Shown: piece after piece, positions 14,768 to 30,125 of the stretch
Layout: every line of letters begins with the position of its first letter
How positions within the stretch are numbered: position 1 is the stretch's first letter
Assembly (NCBI GenBank): GCA_012295275.1
Contig: CM022674.1
Coordinates: 13,640,001-13,704,000 of the forward strand
Length of the DNA: 64,000 bases
Direction: 5' to 3'
Source: Chrysomallon squamiferum
Lineage: Eukaryota; Animalia; Mollusca
Position numbers and translations under genes: made by a program
The notes under the pieces: model-generated
Database searches by the model: none
What the model was told of the DNA's origin: nothing
The model's input: only the letters and a program-made list of their open reading frames with translations

Positions 14768-16330
14768 TCTCTTATTAAAGCGTACAGACATAGAGATAAA
14801 ATACTCACAGACACACAGACACTCACAAGCATACCGTATTTTAGGTAAGGTGTGTTAATTAGGTGTTTGTACATAAGTATGTGTATGTGGCGTGTTTATG
14901 TGTGCAGTGTGTGTGTGCGTGTGTCTGTGTGTATGTGTGTTTGTTTGTGTGTGTGTGTGTGTGTGTGTGTCAGTCTGTCTCTAGATATTTTCACTGGACT
15001 TTAATTTCTGATACTTATGTTTATTTTGAGATCAAACTAATGATTGTATCAAATGTGTCAGCGACATTATATTTCTAAAAATATCACTTAAAACTGACAC
15101 AAATGTAAATTCGGTGACGTCCTACTACAATTATCTTTAATTCGACGCTTCTTAAAAACTTCGGAAGTTACAAACTGTTTTCACTCGTGCAAATGGATTA
15201 CAAAAATGATATCTTCATCTTTATGGTAATTTTTCATTTCAAAAATGATTTATATATATATATATTCGTTATACTGCGAATACTGAGACAACCAGAACAT
15301 GTACACGTCTAAGTTGTGCTAATCTTATAATTATTTCTGACAAACACGAAAATGTTTAAAGACTTCTACTTGTAACAGGAAGATATACTCAAGCCATTTT
15401 TTTTATTATTTTTTTTTTTTTGCAAGCGTGTAGAACGTAAACAAATATTATTAAAACTGTCAGGCTATGATGTTCACCATTCATAATATTTAATAAACTG
15501 TAGTGGTGTAAAGAAAGAGTTGTATAATATTTATGAAGATAAAAATAAAATTCTTAGTCTTTTATGACCTGATGGAACCTGCACGTTTTAAGAGTTCGAA
15601 GAAAATGTTATTTATGTTTCTGATCGTAAACGCAAACTCTTCAGAACTGTGAAAGCCCTACGCCATTTTTATTCCAAGACTTTGAAGAGGATTTTTTTTG
15701 TTCTTTTCTTGTTTGCAATCGTAAAACGTCATAGTATTTTGATAAATCGAGTTTGGTATAGTTTTTACAGTTAATAACTATTCTGTGTTTTTTTGTTTGT
15801 TTGTCGTAAACATAAAATCTGCAGTAACTTTGATGACTTGAGACATCCGAGTCTAAAACGGCCAGGAAGAACATTTTTTGTCGTAAAAAATAAACCCTCG
15901 GAAGCTGATGAAATGAAACATATATGTTGTAAATGTCTATGAAAATGATGTGTTGTCATCTGTGACCATAAACTTAGAAACTGATTATACTGATGGGTGC
16001 GTTGAGTTTTAACTGAGGTCATAAATTTTTGCTGCGTGGAAATCAAAGACAGAAGAGATTACGTCAAAGAAAACACCATTTCCTGCGCGTAAAAACTGAA
16101 CCAAATTAAGTAAATGGTTAAAACGCTAATCATGTAATTAATCAGTTGTGTTTTTTGTTTTTTTTTGTTGTTTTTTTTTATTTATTTATTTTTTTATCTT
16201 TTTTAATTAGGAAATGTTGTTTTGTATGATGTAATATGTTTTTTTTCTTTAATTATTAAAGACAAATAACGGGTTTTCTAAAAAAAAAAAAAAAAAAAAA
16301 ATAAAAAGTGGAACAGTCTACATTTGTTGA

Positions 16331-16509
16331 ACTAGTTTAGTTCAGTGGTTAGCACACTGGAGCGAAATGCTATCGGTTAGGGGGATCAAATCTGATTAGG
16401 GCGTCAATTTAGCTATTTCCAGTTCTGGCCGTTACTCACGAAGGATTGTTTTAAGACAAATAACAATCCTTCAGCAAAGAATTAGTGTTTTTCGTGTGCA
16501 TGGGAAGTT

Positions 16510-16593
<84 letters not shown>
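16331..16593 (+). mobile_element. Possible decayed tRNA-derived SINE
   Basis: A-box-like TAGTTCAGTGGTTAGCAC and B-box-like GGATCAAATC about 40 nt later, followed by a (GA)n tail. No intact cloverleaf. Confidence 0.35.
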
Positions 16594-16597
<4 letters not shown>

Positions 16598-17046
16598 TAT
16601 TAATCATTAGTTACTATCCAAAAATATTTTTCCCGTTCATTCCAGTGCCCTTTTTTGACTGAATATTATTCACCAGTCACTGCAATGACTTCCTATTCTT
16701 TCCAGCAGCGAAGTTCAATAATTAACCAGTTCATTAATCTGTACTCGCTCTTCAGTACAACAGATCTGTGCTCAAAACTCTTTTATCAGCTCACGTGATG
16801 TATGTGTCCTTGTCTTTAAAAGGTGCTTGAGAATAATTCATTGCATTTAACCAGTAACAGAAACCATAGAAAATCGTTTTATAGCCTCTAATAACCCGCT
16901 CGTAACATCTGATACCGTTAATGTAAAACTGTGTCGATGACAGTCATACCGTTAGTATTAGTATTATTATTTCTTTTCTTTTTTTTTTTACGCGATTTGG
17001 AATGAAACGTGAAATTCCGTGTTAAGAATGAAAGGTGAAATTCCAT

Positions 17047-17077
<31 letters not shown>

Positions 17078-17345
17078 TTCTTTTACCTGAATAATCAAAA
17101 AAAAAGACAAAGAAAAAGGATAGTTAATATATTTTTTCAAATGTTATTAAAAAAGCGAAAATGAAAGAAAGAAAAGAAGAGAAAAGAAAAGAGAAAGAAA
17201 AATGTCCAGACTATATCCGCAACTTGAATTAAAAAAAAAAAAAAAAAATATCATAAAGTATCTTCTCTCTCTCCAAATTTCTGAAGAGTTTACGTTTCAT
17301 AAAAAAAAGAATAATAATAAGAAAATAATAATAATACATTTGTGT

Positions 17346-17378
<33 letters not shown>

Positions 17379-17883
17379 GTAGTAGTAGTAGTAGTAGTAG
17401 TAGCAGTAGTAATAAATAATAATAAATAAATCAATAGATAAATAAATAAATAAAAATAAGTAATGAATTATTTTAAACTGTGACAAAAAAAAAAATTATT
17501 AACATAAAGTCTGAAAACAGTAAATTACCGAATCAGAGCAAAAAAAAAAAAAAAAAAACCCGAAATGAACGAACTTCGACGGAAAGTGTCGTAAGCGATA
17601 GCGAAACGTAGGCGAGAAGAAAATGAAATAAAAACAAGAGACAAGATGAGATTGTCGGATTTAAGCTGCTGACGGAAATACGATCTCACGCGGCTACTAA
17701 TACCGCTTCGATGACTATCGATCGCGATACTTCATATTTGTTATGACAGATACAAAGACGCGTGGACCACAAACAGTTTAGAAGCAGCTGTTTCCTTCAC
17801 CCGCGCAACAACACGCGAACACTGCTAGCGAACATTTACGATTTTTCTTTACGTTACCCGACCAGGTGCGGGTTTGCCCGAAC

Positions 17884-18145
17884 GACGTAGTATTAGGTAT
17901 ATACACATATCAAGATGATTATAATTAATTTTACTTATCATTCTTTTAAAAATTGTTTATATATATATATATGACGTAGTATTAGGTATACACACATCAA
18001 GATGATTGTAATTAATTTTACTTATCATTCTTTTAAAAATTGTTTATATATATATATATGACCTAGTATTAGGTATACACGTATCAAGATGATTATAATG
18101 AATTTTACATTACTATTCTTTAAAAAATTGTTTATATATATATGT
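17884..18145 (+). repeat. Tandem triplication of ~88-bp unit
   Basis: gacgtagtattaggtata...caagatgatt...aaaaattgtttatatata starting at 17884, 17973 and 18060. Confidence 0.92.
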
Positions 18146-18233
18146 GTGTGTGTGTGTGTTTGTATATGTACACATGTATGTATGTATGTGTGTATGTATA
18201 TATAAGAACGAACATACATGTGTATATAAAACA

Positions 18234-18283
<50 letters not shown>

Positions 18284-18349
18284 AACAATTTTTTTAAAGA
18301 ATAGTAAGTAAAATTCATTATACTTTTCTTGATATGTGTATACCTGATA
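18067..18349. repeat. Fold-back (inverted repeat) element
   Basis: 18275-18349 is the reverse complement of the third tandem unit. Pairing continues through (TG)n/(CA)n and tacacatgtatgt/acatacatgtgta. Confidence 0.88.
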
Positions 18350-18660
18350 TATATATAAAAAACAAGATAAAGAAAAAACAATGAATCGATCGGAAGGGTG
18401 TGAATAAAACTCTGCCCTAGGTCTGCCCTTAGTATTATTGATTGAGTTAATTCGCCTTGTTATCAACATGTTCGTTTGAGAATAATGTTTATTTAGTATA
18501 TTGATCTTCCTTAAACATCGGTAAACTTCGTTTGTGAACGTATTTGATTCTTTAAAATTAAGTAATTGACGACTTTGGTAAACTTTCATATTTGAAGTCT
18601 GCTTTCACAATGTTCCATTATCTATCGATCAGTTCACTAATTTATTAGTCTAAATAAAAT

Positions 18661-18731
<71 letters not shown>

Positions 18732-18826
18732 AAATGGAAAATATCAATATGCCACAAGGAATTACTGGTTTCAGTTGCGTCATTTCCGGAGATGAACGGA
18801 AGTTGTTCAGTCTTCTGTTGAATTTT

Positions 18827-18858
<32 letters not shown>

Positions 18859-19849
18859 TCATTGTTCAATTGTCTTGTTTTCTTTTTATTCAGATTGTTA
18901 TTTCATGTTATTATTTTTTTTTTTGTTTTTTTTTTAGATAAAATAAAACAAAAAAAAATTAAGTTAAAGAAAATTAAGTCGATAAAGCAAACGCGAAACA
19001 GCCATATAGAGGAACAAATTAAAATTCTATTTTTAGTAACTATTTCCGGATTTTTACGATTTGTATTCGTGCGAGTCAGTCTGACATTTAAAACAAACAC
19101 AGACAGTTGAGATCACTGAACTTTAAAGTCAAATGTCTAAACAGCATCATACTTTAGAATAATAATACACGGATCTTCATTATTCCTTCCTTTTTTCCTT
19201 CTTCTTCTTGTTATGATTATTATTGTTATTATTGTTATCATCGTCATCATCATCATCATTATTGTTGTTTTTGTAATATGAAGTAGTAGTAATAGTAGTT
19301 GTAGTAGGAGTAGTAGTAGTAGTAGTAATGTTATTTATTTACTTACTATATACCATTGTCGCTCTATATATATACATATATACACACACACACACACACA
19401 CATATATATGTACATATATATATGTATATATATATGTATATTTACGTGTATATATATATATACATACATATATATGTAGTGGTTATTTTCAATTAATTTC
19501 TATATAATTAAAATCCCTGTCATTCAGCAAGGCTGACAGAGATGCATTACGTCACGGAACACAAGACAACGTGAAAGTGTTACGAGACGTCTGAAAACTA
19601 CGTTACTGGTCCCTTTAAGAGAAGTATGCATTCAGTAATTCGCTCACCAGTTTCATTCATATACTCACCGCCACGTGCTCGCCGACACCAACAATTACTA
19701 GACAGCTACGTCAACGTCCTTACCTTGACTCAGACACTGATTTGAGCAGTCACCTGTATAATGCGACTGAAAACTGTAGGTACGGGGATCAGTTCCCGGT
19801 GCCAACTTCAATTACAAAACTTACTGAAAACTGTTCTTTGCTCTAGACT

Positions 19850-20550
19850 TCTGAAACTCTTTAACGTTTTAACACTATAACTCTTTAACATATTAACACT
19901 AAAATTGTTTTAATATTAACAATGACACTGTCTAACATACTAACAGGAAAGTAGCATTCTAACAGTAAGTCGTCTGAAGAATTAACATCAAAATTATCAT
20001 TCTAGCATTAAAACTGACTAGTAAATTAACACTAAAACTGTCAGATTTTTTAACATTAATACTCCTATCATACTAACTTTAATTTAATACTGCAAAGCTA
20101 AAGCTGTCTATCATAAACCATTATAACTAACACGAAACTAACATAATACGACTATTACTATCATACTAACATTAAAACCATCACACTAACAACTAACATG
20201 CTACCATTGCCACTAACATATTAACTAACATTAATACTAACTCTTCCACTATAAGTGACATGCTAAACAAAGCTATGTAAATACTGTTATGAAAAACTAG
20301 CATTATTACACTGAAACTTACTACCACTACAACTAACATACTAACGTCAAAACATCCTAAATTCTAACATCAAAAATGACTATTCTGAAACTGAAGCTAA
20401 CAAACTAACACAAAAGAACAAAACAAGCATCATAACATCAAAACTAACAAAACGCTACTGGCCAGCAAACACCCTAACACCAAATCTCGCACGTATCACC
20501 ACTGTGACTAACACACTAACACTAAAACTATCTAACACACTAACACAGTG
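19850..20550 (+). repeat. Degenerate ACTAAC/TAACAC-rich minisatellite
   Basis: TACTAAC at 19938, 20071, 20164, 20235 and 20339, plus about 12 more ACTAAC. Confidence 0.75.
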
Positions 20551-21281
20551 ACACTGTCTTGGGAAGACAATCGAACTTCACAGACCGTTTTTCCCAACAA
20601 AAAATCCCAGACGTGTTCAGTATGTCAAAAGATGTCAGCACTTTTACAGAAAGGTCGACTGGGTGACTCGATACCAGTGTGTTAGTGAATGGTAATTTGG
20701 AAAAAGAGTAACGTAGAACGTAATCGTTTTTCTGACGCCGAGATTTTAATTCTAGCGCTTGTTAGGAGTCACGTGTAAACCACAGGATATGCAACACTTC
20801 TGTCATGTTTCTGATGTTTTCTTCTTTCCAGTGTCGTCATAAACATAATCATTATCTAGGACGGAAATATTTCTCTCGATATTGTTTTTTAATTTTTTTT
20901 TTTTTTAATTTTTTTGACTTAAAATGTTAAAGTTTAGTCACGATTTTTTTACGTTTTGTTTCAGCTCTGTTGATTACTTTCTCTTATTGACGTACAAATT
21001 AAGTTTTAAAAAATAAAGAGAAATTCTGACGATATGTATATACATGTGTCCATGCACGTAACCACACAGACGTACACACAGATATGCATATAAAGCAAAT
21101 AAAAAAAACAAAAAAACAAAATAGAGTTTGAATGGTCTAACTCAAGAAAAACACTGAACAACTTATTTATTTTATTTCATATATATACACACACACAGTC
21201 ATACACATACATATAAACAGATACACAAGCACTTTTATTAAATTCAGCATCAACTATTTCAAAAATAAATATAAATACAAA

Positions 21282-21361
<80 letters not shown>

Positions 21362-21904
21362 TTATTAAGTTCAACATCAGATATTTCGAAAATAACCTCC
21401 TTTCCTTCAGACGTCAGTTAATTTTAGTCTTTCATACACACCCATCCAGTCGTAAAGGTTGCGTCTTGCCGAGCTTTGATATTCCACACGTAACATCAGC
21501 CGAACATCTGAAACACATCCAGGTCCCCTTATACAAGTGTTCATTCATTTAATCAGCGAGGAACTTACGTCAGTGTTCATTATGACGTCACCCAGATGGC
21601 GTTGATGTGTTTGACCTTTGAGGATTTCGTGTCAGACAGATGTCAGAACGAAACGTTGATGAAGAAATAAGCATTCATTAATTTTGCCAATATCCACGAC
21701 GTGTGTCAAACCTCGTTGACGACGTCAGACTAATAAAACTACGGAGATGCAGTGGGGTCAACATAACACCTTGATAATGAATCTTCGTATTGAACAGAAA
21801 AAAAAAAAAAAAAAAAAATTCTTCTTAGTATGTTATTTATACTAAGCTTCTTTTGATTTATAGATTAATGACAAAGGGGACAGGAAAAATGATTGAATCA
21901 GTAG

Positions 21905-22290
21905 AATGGATGGATGGATGGATGAACGAATAAGTGAGCGAACGAACGGAAAAAGGAATGAACGAATAAATAAATGTATGAATGAATGAATGAACAATTA
22001 TAATGAACGAAATAATGAAATAATGAACGAAAGAACGAAAGAACGAAATAATGAATGAATAAACGAAAGAATGAATGGATGAATGAATGAATGAAAGAAT
22101 AAATGAACCATTATAATTAACGAAATAATAAAATAATGAACGAATGAACGAAATAATGGATGAATGACTGGATGAATTAACCATTATAATGAATGAAATA
22201 ATTAAACAATGAACAAAAGAACGAAATAATGAAAGAATGAAAGAATGAATGAATGAATGAATGAATGAAAGAAAAAGAATGAATGAATAT
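21905..22290 (+). repeat. Degenerate (GAAT/GAAC/GGAT)n tetranucleotide tract
   Basis: Directly visible. Confidence 0.9.
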
Positions 22291-23788
22291 TTTTAATCGA
22301 AATCTTGACACGTTTGAATAAATAGGATTACTGATTTTTTTAATACAACATCACTAACAGTATTTTTTTTCTAAGTGTTATCCATCTGGTGGAAAACAAA
22401 AATTAACGTTATTATTTAACTGTGACTTGTGATTATCCTCAACTAGAGGGAAAAATAACCACGTCACTGATTAATAACTATTGTTTAGTCTGAAAGAGCT
22501 AAAGACTGGAACGTGACATTCTGAAGCTTCACTATTTAAAACTGACAAATACGGACATTTTTAATTTAAAATAAACCCTAATGATTCCAGAATTAGCGAT
22601 TAATGATGAAAATCCTAAAATGAAGAGATATATTTAAGGAATTGAAAACAACTACATTTTTAAATAAATAATAAAATTAAAAAAATTATTATCAAAAATG
22701 GGAAATAAGGAGATGTTATGAATGGGAAATAAAAACAACCTACATTTTTGTTTTCAGTATTAGTTTTCAACAAACAATGGCAAATGTCTTTAATTGTAAA
22801 GAGCAATTAACTGAAAAAATTACTTAATCTTGCGTGGTAATATTAGGAAAAAGCGTCATTATTTAATAATATTTAATATTTACAACAACAACAAAAATAA
22901 ATAAATAAAAATAAAAATAAAAATAAGGCTACTAATTGAATATAAAATATACTCGAAAAGATGAAAATGACTGGCACTGCGATTAATATTCAAATTTTTA
23001 TCCAAAAACCTTTTCAGCTTAATTAAATGGGGTCATATGTTAAAAAATTATTCACAAAATGCCCCACAGTATAATTCAGAAAATCATGTTCACTGACAAA
23101 ATGCCTTATATTCAAACCATGCTCTTTTTCTTATCAGAGCAAATATATTATAAAGACTGAGTACGAACATCTATGAAAGTTCTATTAACCTAAAGAGTGG
23201 TATCAGAAAACTGAAGAAACAAAACTAGTGCGTTTCCATAGAACAAGTTAGACTGACCTCACGACAGCAGAGACATAAAACTGCTGGTGTCGAAACACTC
23301 AGCGATTTTTCTCAAACAGTCTGTGCTTGTTATATGACGTCATAACCACCAGGTGTCGTAATAATGTCGGTGAGACCGCGAGATTTACGGAAGTTAACGA
23401 ATCACTTTATGGTGTTTACTTTTACTGTGAAATGTCACGTAACCCAAAATAGCCACGATTTCCTTCGATCCACGTTTCTCATTCTGAATTTTCTTGTCTT
23501 CGCCTTTCGCGCCAAGTTTATAAGCTGTTTGTTTGCAGAGCCAGAATTATCGCGCCGGTTTCCGTATTTGCTAAATGTACTTGAAAAAAAAAAAAAAAAA
23601 AATCGCTTCGCCGCTTTCCGCGGTTATCGCTTTTCTGTGTAATTAGTCCTATACGCAATTAAAGTGAATGCAACGACGTCATAAATGCGTTTGAAGACTG
23701 ACGTATGGATGGAATTACTTATCTTTTATTTTATTTCTGTTGCTTTGTCAGTTTCTAATTTTACCTCTTGTACACACACACACACACA

Positions 23789-23904
<116 letters not shown>

Positions 23905-24611
23905 CAATCTGTATCACTAAGCCTATATTTCTCTTTCTAAATCACTAACGGACAAGCTTCGGCCCACGGGAGTTTTCTGAGTGACACGCCCAATTCCTAC
24001 GAGTAGAATAACGTTTATTAACATTTTCCTTGTTATTTTTAGCCCTGTCCAAAGCGAGCCGTTTCTCGAAATTTTTAAAAAAAAATAAATAAATTGCCCA
24101 TGTCTGCTCTAAATCATTACTTTTTCTATTTTACAACGTCTTTTCACCAACAAGTGTTACCTCCAACGACGTTTACGACTCCAACGTCGTTTTGTCTCCA
24201 AGTTTCGACTTAGCCGAGCATTTGGGACGTATCATCCGGGTACTGGTACCAGCTCCAGGTTCGTCTCCCATAAAAGTAATGATCTGTTTCGTAGCAATCA
24301 TCACGTCACTGTTCTGCATCACTGGCATCGACGAAGTTGGAGTAGAATTTGATGAAGGGCCGAGCCAAAATGCAGAAGACTTCTAATGAATAATTCATGA
24401 GGACAAATCTGTCACTCGGCAGCTCGGGATTTCATTGATGTTCCAAAAGCAATGGGCTGTCAAACGTAACTCTGCGCGTGCGAACATCGCTAACGGTTGA
24501 TGAATATTCATGACATGAAATTGGATCAAACTGTGAACTGTTTTTAAGAATTTGTTGGGGTTTTTTTTTAAGCGAAGAGATTTTATTACTTTTATTTCTA
24601 CCTTATTTTTT

Positions 24612-24671
<60 letters not shown>

Positions 24672-24916
24672 TTCAAAAATGTTTTCTTTCTCTCTTTTTT
24701 TTTTTTTAACCTTTTCGTCTTCAATTTAACTTTCTGAGGATTTATGTTCACGAAATTTAATTTTTTTTTTTTTTTTTTTAAAGACATAAAGAAAGAGGTT
24801 TTAAATAGCTGTTTTCAATAATTTAAACATTAAATTTACTAATTTTATTAAATTATAGACACAGTTGTTACGTCACAAACTGTCGACATAAATTATAATC
24901 CACACTCGCGCGAACC

Positions 24917-24978
24917 CTCTACCCCAGACATACACCCTACCCCAGACATACACCCTACCCCAGACATACACCCCACCC
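24917..24978 (+). repeat. ~20-bp minisatellite x3 (ctacccagacatacacc)
   Basis: Three adjacent copies are directly visible. Confidence 0.85.
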
Positions 24979-25171
24979 TGCCTGTGCATATGTATAATAT
25001 TTATAAAACAGAGGCCCACGCAAAACGTTAGGATATATGTTTTGATGGACAGGGTTGTTGTTGTTACTGTTTCTTAGTACCAAAAACAGAATATGTTGTA
25101 ATAGTAGTAGTAGTAGTAGTTGTTAGTGGTGTAGTAGTAGTACCAAAAGCAGAATAGCAGAAATGATGTAA

Positions 25172-25210
<39 letters not shown>

Positions 25211-25394
25211 TGGTAGTAGTAGAAGTAGTAGTAGTAGTGTTGTTGTTGTGTTGGTGGTGGTGGTGGTTGTAATGGCGGTCGCAACATAAGGTGTTAAGTA
25301 GATCAAATAGTAAACGCTAAACATATAAAAAAGATACTAATAATACATTATTACTGTCAAATATGACAGTCACTTGACAAAAGTTTTCAAAAAA

Positions 25395-25425
<31 letters not shown>

Positions 25426-25987
25426 CAAGTGCTTATGTACGCATATTGCGCATGCTCCAGATAAACACAAAACAATTTATTTTTTTTCTCCCGCAAGACA
25501 ATGCCCGTACGGCTCTAAAAGGAAATTCATGTACCGTGACGTCATAACCGTCAAGCCTCGCCATTGTGTGTGTGTATTCTGTGAAGTATTTCCGTCCGCG
25601 GCTCGCAAGAGCTCCTCAGAATGTCTTGCTCGGACTTGAGTGCCTGCTGACAATCGCTCGGTTTTGTGGGAAGCATCGCGACGCGGGCCCGGCCGTACAT
25701 CAGAGAACAGTGACAGGTGGAAATCCCTCTACACGCATCTTCAATCGATGTTTATTAGAGAAATATGATGACCGCGATATTGGATTAGGCGCCCTTCAGG
25801 AACGGTTATACGTACGGGAACGGGAACGCAATTTACGCCGTTTTAAAACCATCACTTCGCTTTTGTGTTCTCTTTTATTTTTCTTGTACTGTTTTTCTCA
25901 CATACACATACATAGGTATATGTGTACATATTAACGTACATATATAAAAAATCTCTCTCTCTCCCTCTTTTTCTTTCTCTCTCTTTC

Positions 25988-26080
<93 letters not shown>

Positions 26081-26219
26081 CTCTTCAGTAATGTTTGTTT
26101 CATACGCTTCCTGTTTCTTCCTTTTCACCATTTTTATTCTTTCCTTTATATATTCATTTCTCTCTCCCCTCTCTCTTCAGTCTCAGACGCTTCCCAAATA
26201 ATACCATTTTTATTAATTC

Positions 26220-26600
<381 letters not shown>

Positions 26601-27645
26601 AAACGCAGAGACTCTCTTTCCCCTCTTACTCACTGGCTCTGGATCTGTTCCTGGGTTCTTCGCGCGGACAACTCCAATGTGCCCTTGAATTGGACCGAGC
26701 GGTTTTTGATTGAACAAACATTTATTAGATTTCGTTGACGTCTTCAAAGCAAGTTAGCGGCTGCTGCCTCAGCTGTCACAACGACACGTCAACGTCATCA
26801 ACGCTGCTGATGAAGTGGTACACAATTCCGTATTTGCATAACCCCGTAAACGAATTACAAGCTAATCCGAGAAATAAATTTCGTAAATAAATTTCGGATG
26901 AAGGGAGAGAACTCTAATTAACGTTATCGTAAAAATGTCGTTTTTGGAGGAATTTTTGGTAGCTTATAATGACTTAATACCGTTTTATTATTTTCTCTCT
27001 TAATTCTGTACTAGTAACTTATTTTATTTATTTATTTATTTTATTATTATTATCATCATCATCATCATCATCATTATTACTATTATTATTATGGTTTGTT
27101 ATATCAAACTTAACTAATTAGGTAAAACAAAATTTTAAAATAAACAAATAACACTAAATACACAAACAAACAACCATATAGGTTTAAGATAAATAAACAA
27201 ACAAACTAACAAAATATACATAAGCAAATAATTACTTAAACAAGAACACAGTTAAATAATTAAGTAAAAAAAAAAATGGAGACAAAGAAACAAGAGCAGT
27301 AAACATTACATATAAAGATACTACTCATGTACATTATTGGAACGAATTTACCGCAAAAACGTCACAGCATTTTTTATTGCAACAGTTGAATAAACAACTA
27401 GATTATTTCTGAGCGATACTTGAACTGATAAACCGATTCCTTCTCTCAATACGTCGTCCATTCTACCCACAGAATCACAAGAAATGAAAAGAGTAAATTA
27501 AATGACAAATCTCCAACCAGTCGAAACAAACATGGCGTCCTATTTCCGTCCCGGATTATTCTTGACGACGTAAGCGACATTCAAGATGTTTTTTTTTTTT
27601 TTTTTAGATTTGGTCTCAAACAGAAGAGTGGATTTCTTTTCTTTT

Positions 27646-27686
<41 letters not shown>

Positions 27687-28335
27687 TGTATTTCAAGAAA
27701 TAGGTTTGTCTCTGAAGCGAATAGGTTACTACATTTTATAATTATTTTAAAATTATAATTGGCCTTTTATTTAAATGATTTTTTTTTTTGTTGTTTTCTC
27801 TCTTTCCATAGTTTTCTTATTATGAGGTTATTCATCTGAAAGTATGAAATAAACTGAGAAAACCATAATTTTAGTATTTCTGTTTCTAAGTTAATTTCTA
27901 AATTAAATAAATATAAATAAAATACAAAAAAAAATGATGTAAAATTTATTAAACTTCTTTTTTCTTCTTCTCTTTTCGACTTTTCATTTAATTTTTGTTT
28001 TTTCCTTCGTCTCTGTTTTCTTTATCGTTGTTACGTTTTCTGTTTCTTAATTTGTCTTCTTGTGCCTTCCTATCCAATTGTTTCTTCTTTATCTTCTTTC
28101 TTTTTTTAAATTCTAATTTAACTTCTGTTTTCTCCATTGTTCATTTCTTCCTCTTGACTTTTTTCTTCTTTTTCTTCTCATTTCTTCCTTTCGTTTTCAT
28201 ATTTACAAGTTTTAATTCTTCGTTTTTATTTATTGTTTCATTTATTTTTATTTTTGTTATGTTTTCTGAATTTTTATTTCAATTTTTTTTTAAATTTGTT
28301 TTAATTTTTTTTATCTTTTTATTTTTTTTTGTCTG

Positions 28336-28429
<94 letters not shown>

Positions 28430-29744
28430 GATTATTATTATTATTATTATTAATAAGTTATTATTATTATTATTATTATTATTTTTAATAGAAGATTTTT
28501 TTTTTTTTTCGTTTTCTTCACGTCTTCATATTTCGTTCATTTATCTTTCGTCTTACGTCTAAAACTGAGACGTATCAGTATTACGGTTTCACAAGACAGA
28601 TTTTTCCCAGACGGATAATGACGCACGCTAATTTCAGTATCAGTCGACAAACTAGGTGTATTTTTATTACACTGCATAACAGACTGGGTCCTATTTCATC
28701 CCTAACAAGCCGACAGCATCACTTCTAATCATCATTATAAAACCAACTCTTAAACTCGAACCCAGAAAAAACATCTCTGTTTACAGATCTAGGCTGGGTA
28801 TTCACCATTCCTTGACTTATATTTTATTCTTATTTATTTATCTTTTTATTTTTTTTTTTTTTTTTTATTATTTCGTGAGGATTATTACAGTTCTTGTTCA
28901 TTACGACATTTTCGCATGCTGAAAGTTATATTGATAAAGATTGTGGAGACCCCCGTTTTGGTTAATTATGGATCGGTCCCTTGAAACGTTTTCATTTCGT
29001 TTTCTAATTTGAAATCGCTGATTCATTTGACGTAAAAAAAATTATTAAAAAAATTTCATTGCACTCTCAAGTTGAAAATAGTCATAAACAGTGGAGAAAG
29101 CGATATCAAGATTCAAAACTGACACTTTTTGCATCATGTGAATTTAAAAATTTTTAAATTAAATTTAAAATTTAGAAAAAAAAAAAAAAGGAGAAAAAAA
29201 CAACAGAAAAATCTTCAAAATTTATAGGATTTGTTTCTTATTAAATGTTTTTTGTGAGATGCATCTTTTTTCTGTTACTTTTGCTGATCCTACTACTAGT
29301 ACTACTTCTACTACAACTACTGCTATTCCTACTACTTCTTCTTCTACTACTACTACTACTACTATTTCTGCCACTACTACTACTACTACCACTATCCCTA
29401 CTACTCTTAGAAATGCTACTACTAATATTACTACTTTTGCCATCTGTTACTATTTTTCTACTATTACTACTACTACTGTTACTATTTTTACTACTATTGG
29501 TACTATTACAACTATTAATACTATTACTACTATTCTACTACTTCTATAGCTACTACAGTACTGCTGATGATATAACTACTACGAATAAATCTATTACTCA
29601 TATATTATTAATAACAAGAAGACATAAACAGTTGAGCAAGAAAGGCAACTACAACGACAACAACATCAGTATTAATAATAATAACAGTAATAGAAATAGT
29701 TAAGTAACAATAATAATAATAACAACAACAACAATAACAATAGA

Positions 29745-29777
<33 letters not shown>

Positions 29778-29847
29778 ACTAATAATAATAATAGTAATAA
29801 CGAAAACAGGTAATTCAACATTTAAATTCTCGAGTACGTTAACCTTT

Positions 29848-29883
<36 letters not shown>

Positions 29884-29917
29884 CTAGATTTTTTTTTTTT
29901 TTTTTTTTTATATTTAG

Positions 29918-29948
<31 letters not shown>

Positions 29949-29949
29949 G

Positions 29950-30125
29950 TCCCTTTGGCGCAAATGTAAACAGATACAAATTGGAAATCGTTTGTAGTTG
30001 TTTCGTTTTTGTCACTTGTGGAACCAGGCCAATCAGTCGGCCATCTTGGAAAGAAACATGGCGGTAGCGAGTTACGTCGCTTGAGGATAAAAAAGTAAAA
30101 CACAATGGCTGTGTCAGAAAGCTCA
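29950..30125. promoter_or_regulatory. Candidate promoter (CCAAT box plus two YY1-type motifs), possibly of the GPCR
   Basis: ggccaatcag at ~30027, ggccatcttgg at ~30039 and aacatggcgg at ~30055 in a CpG-rich patch next to poly(dA:dT) tracts. Confidence 0.45.

Noticed and set aside
16331-16405. Functional tRNA gene
   Set aside because: Only A/B-box-like remnants; stems do not form a cloverleaf, so it is reported as a possible SINE relic.
25566-25934. 122-aa ORF in a CpG island
   Set aside because: Non-ATG start, no recognisable homology, and it runs into microsatellite; better explained by local GC richness.
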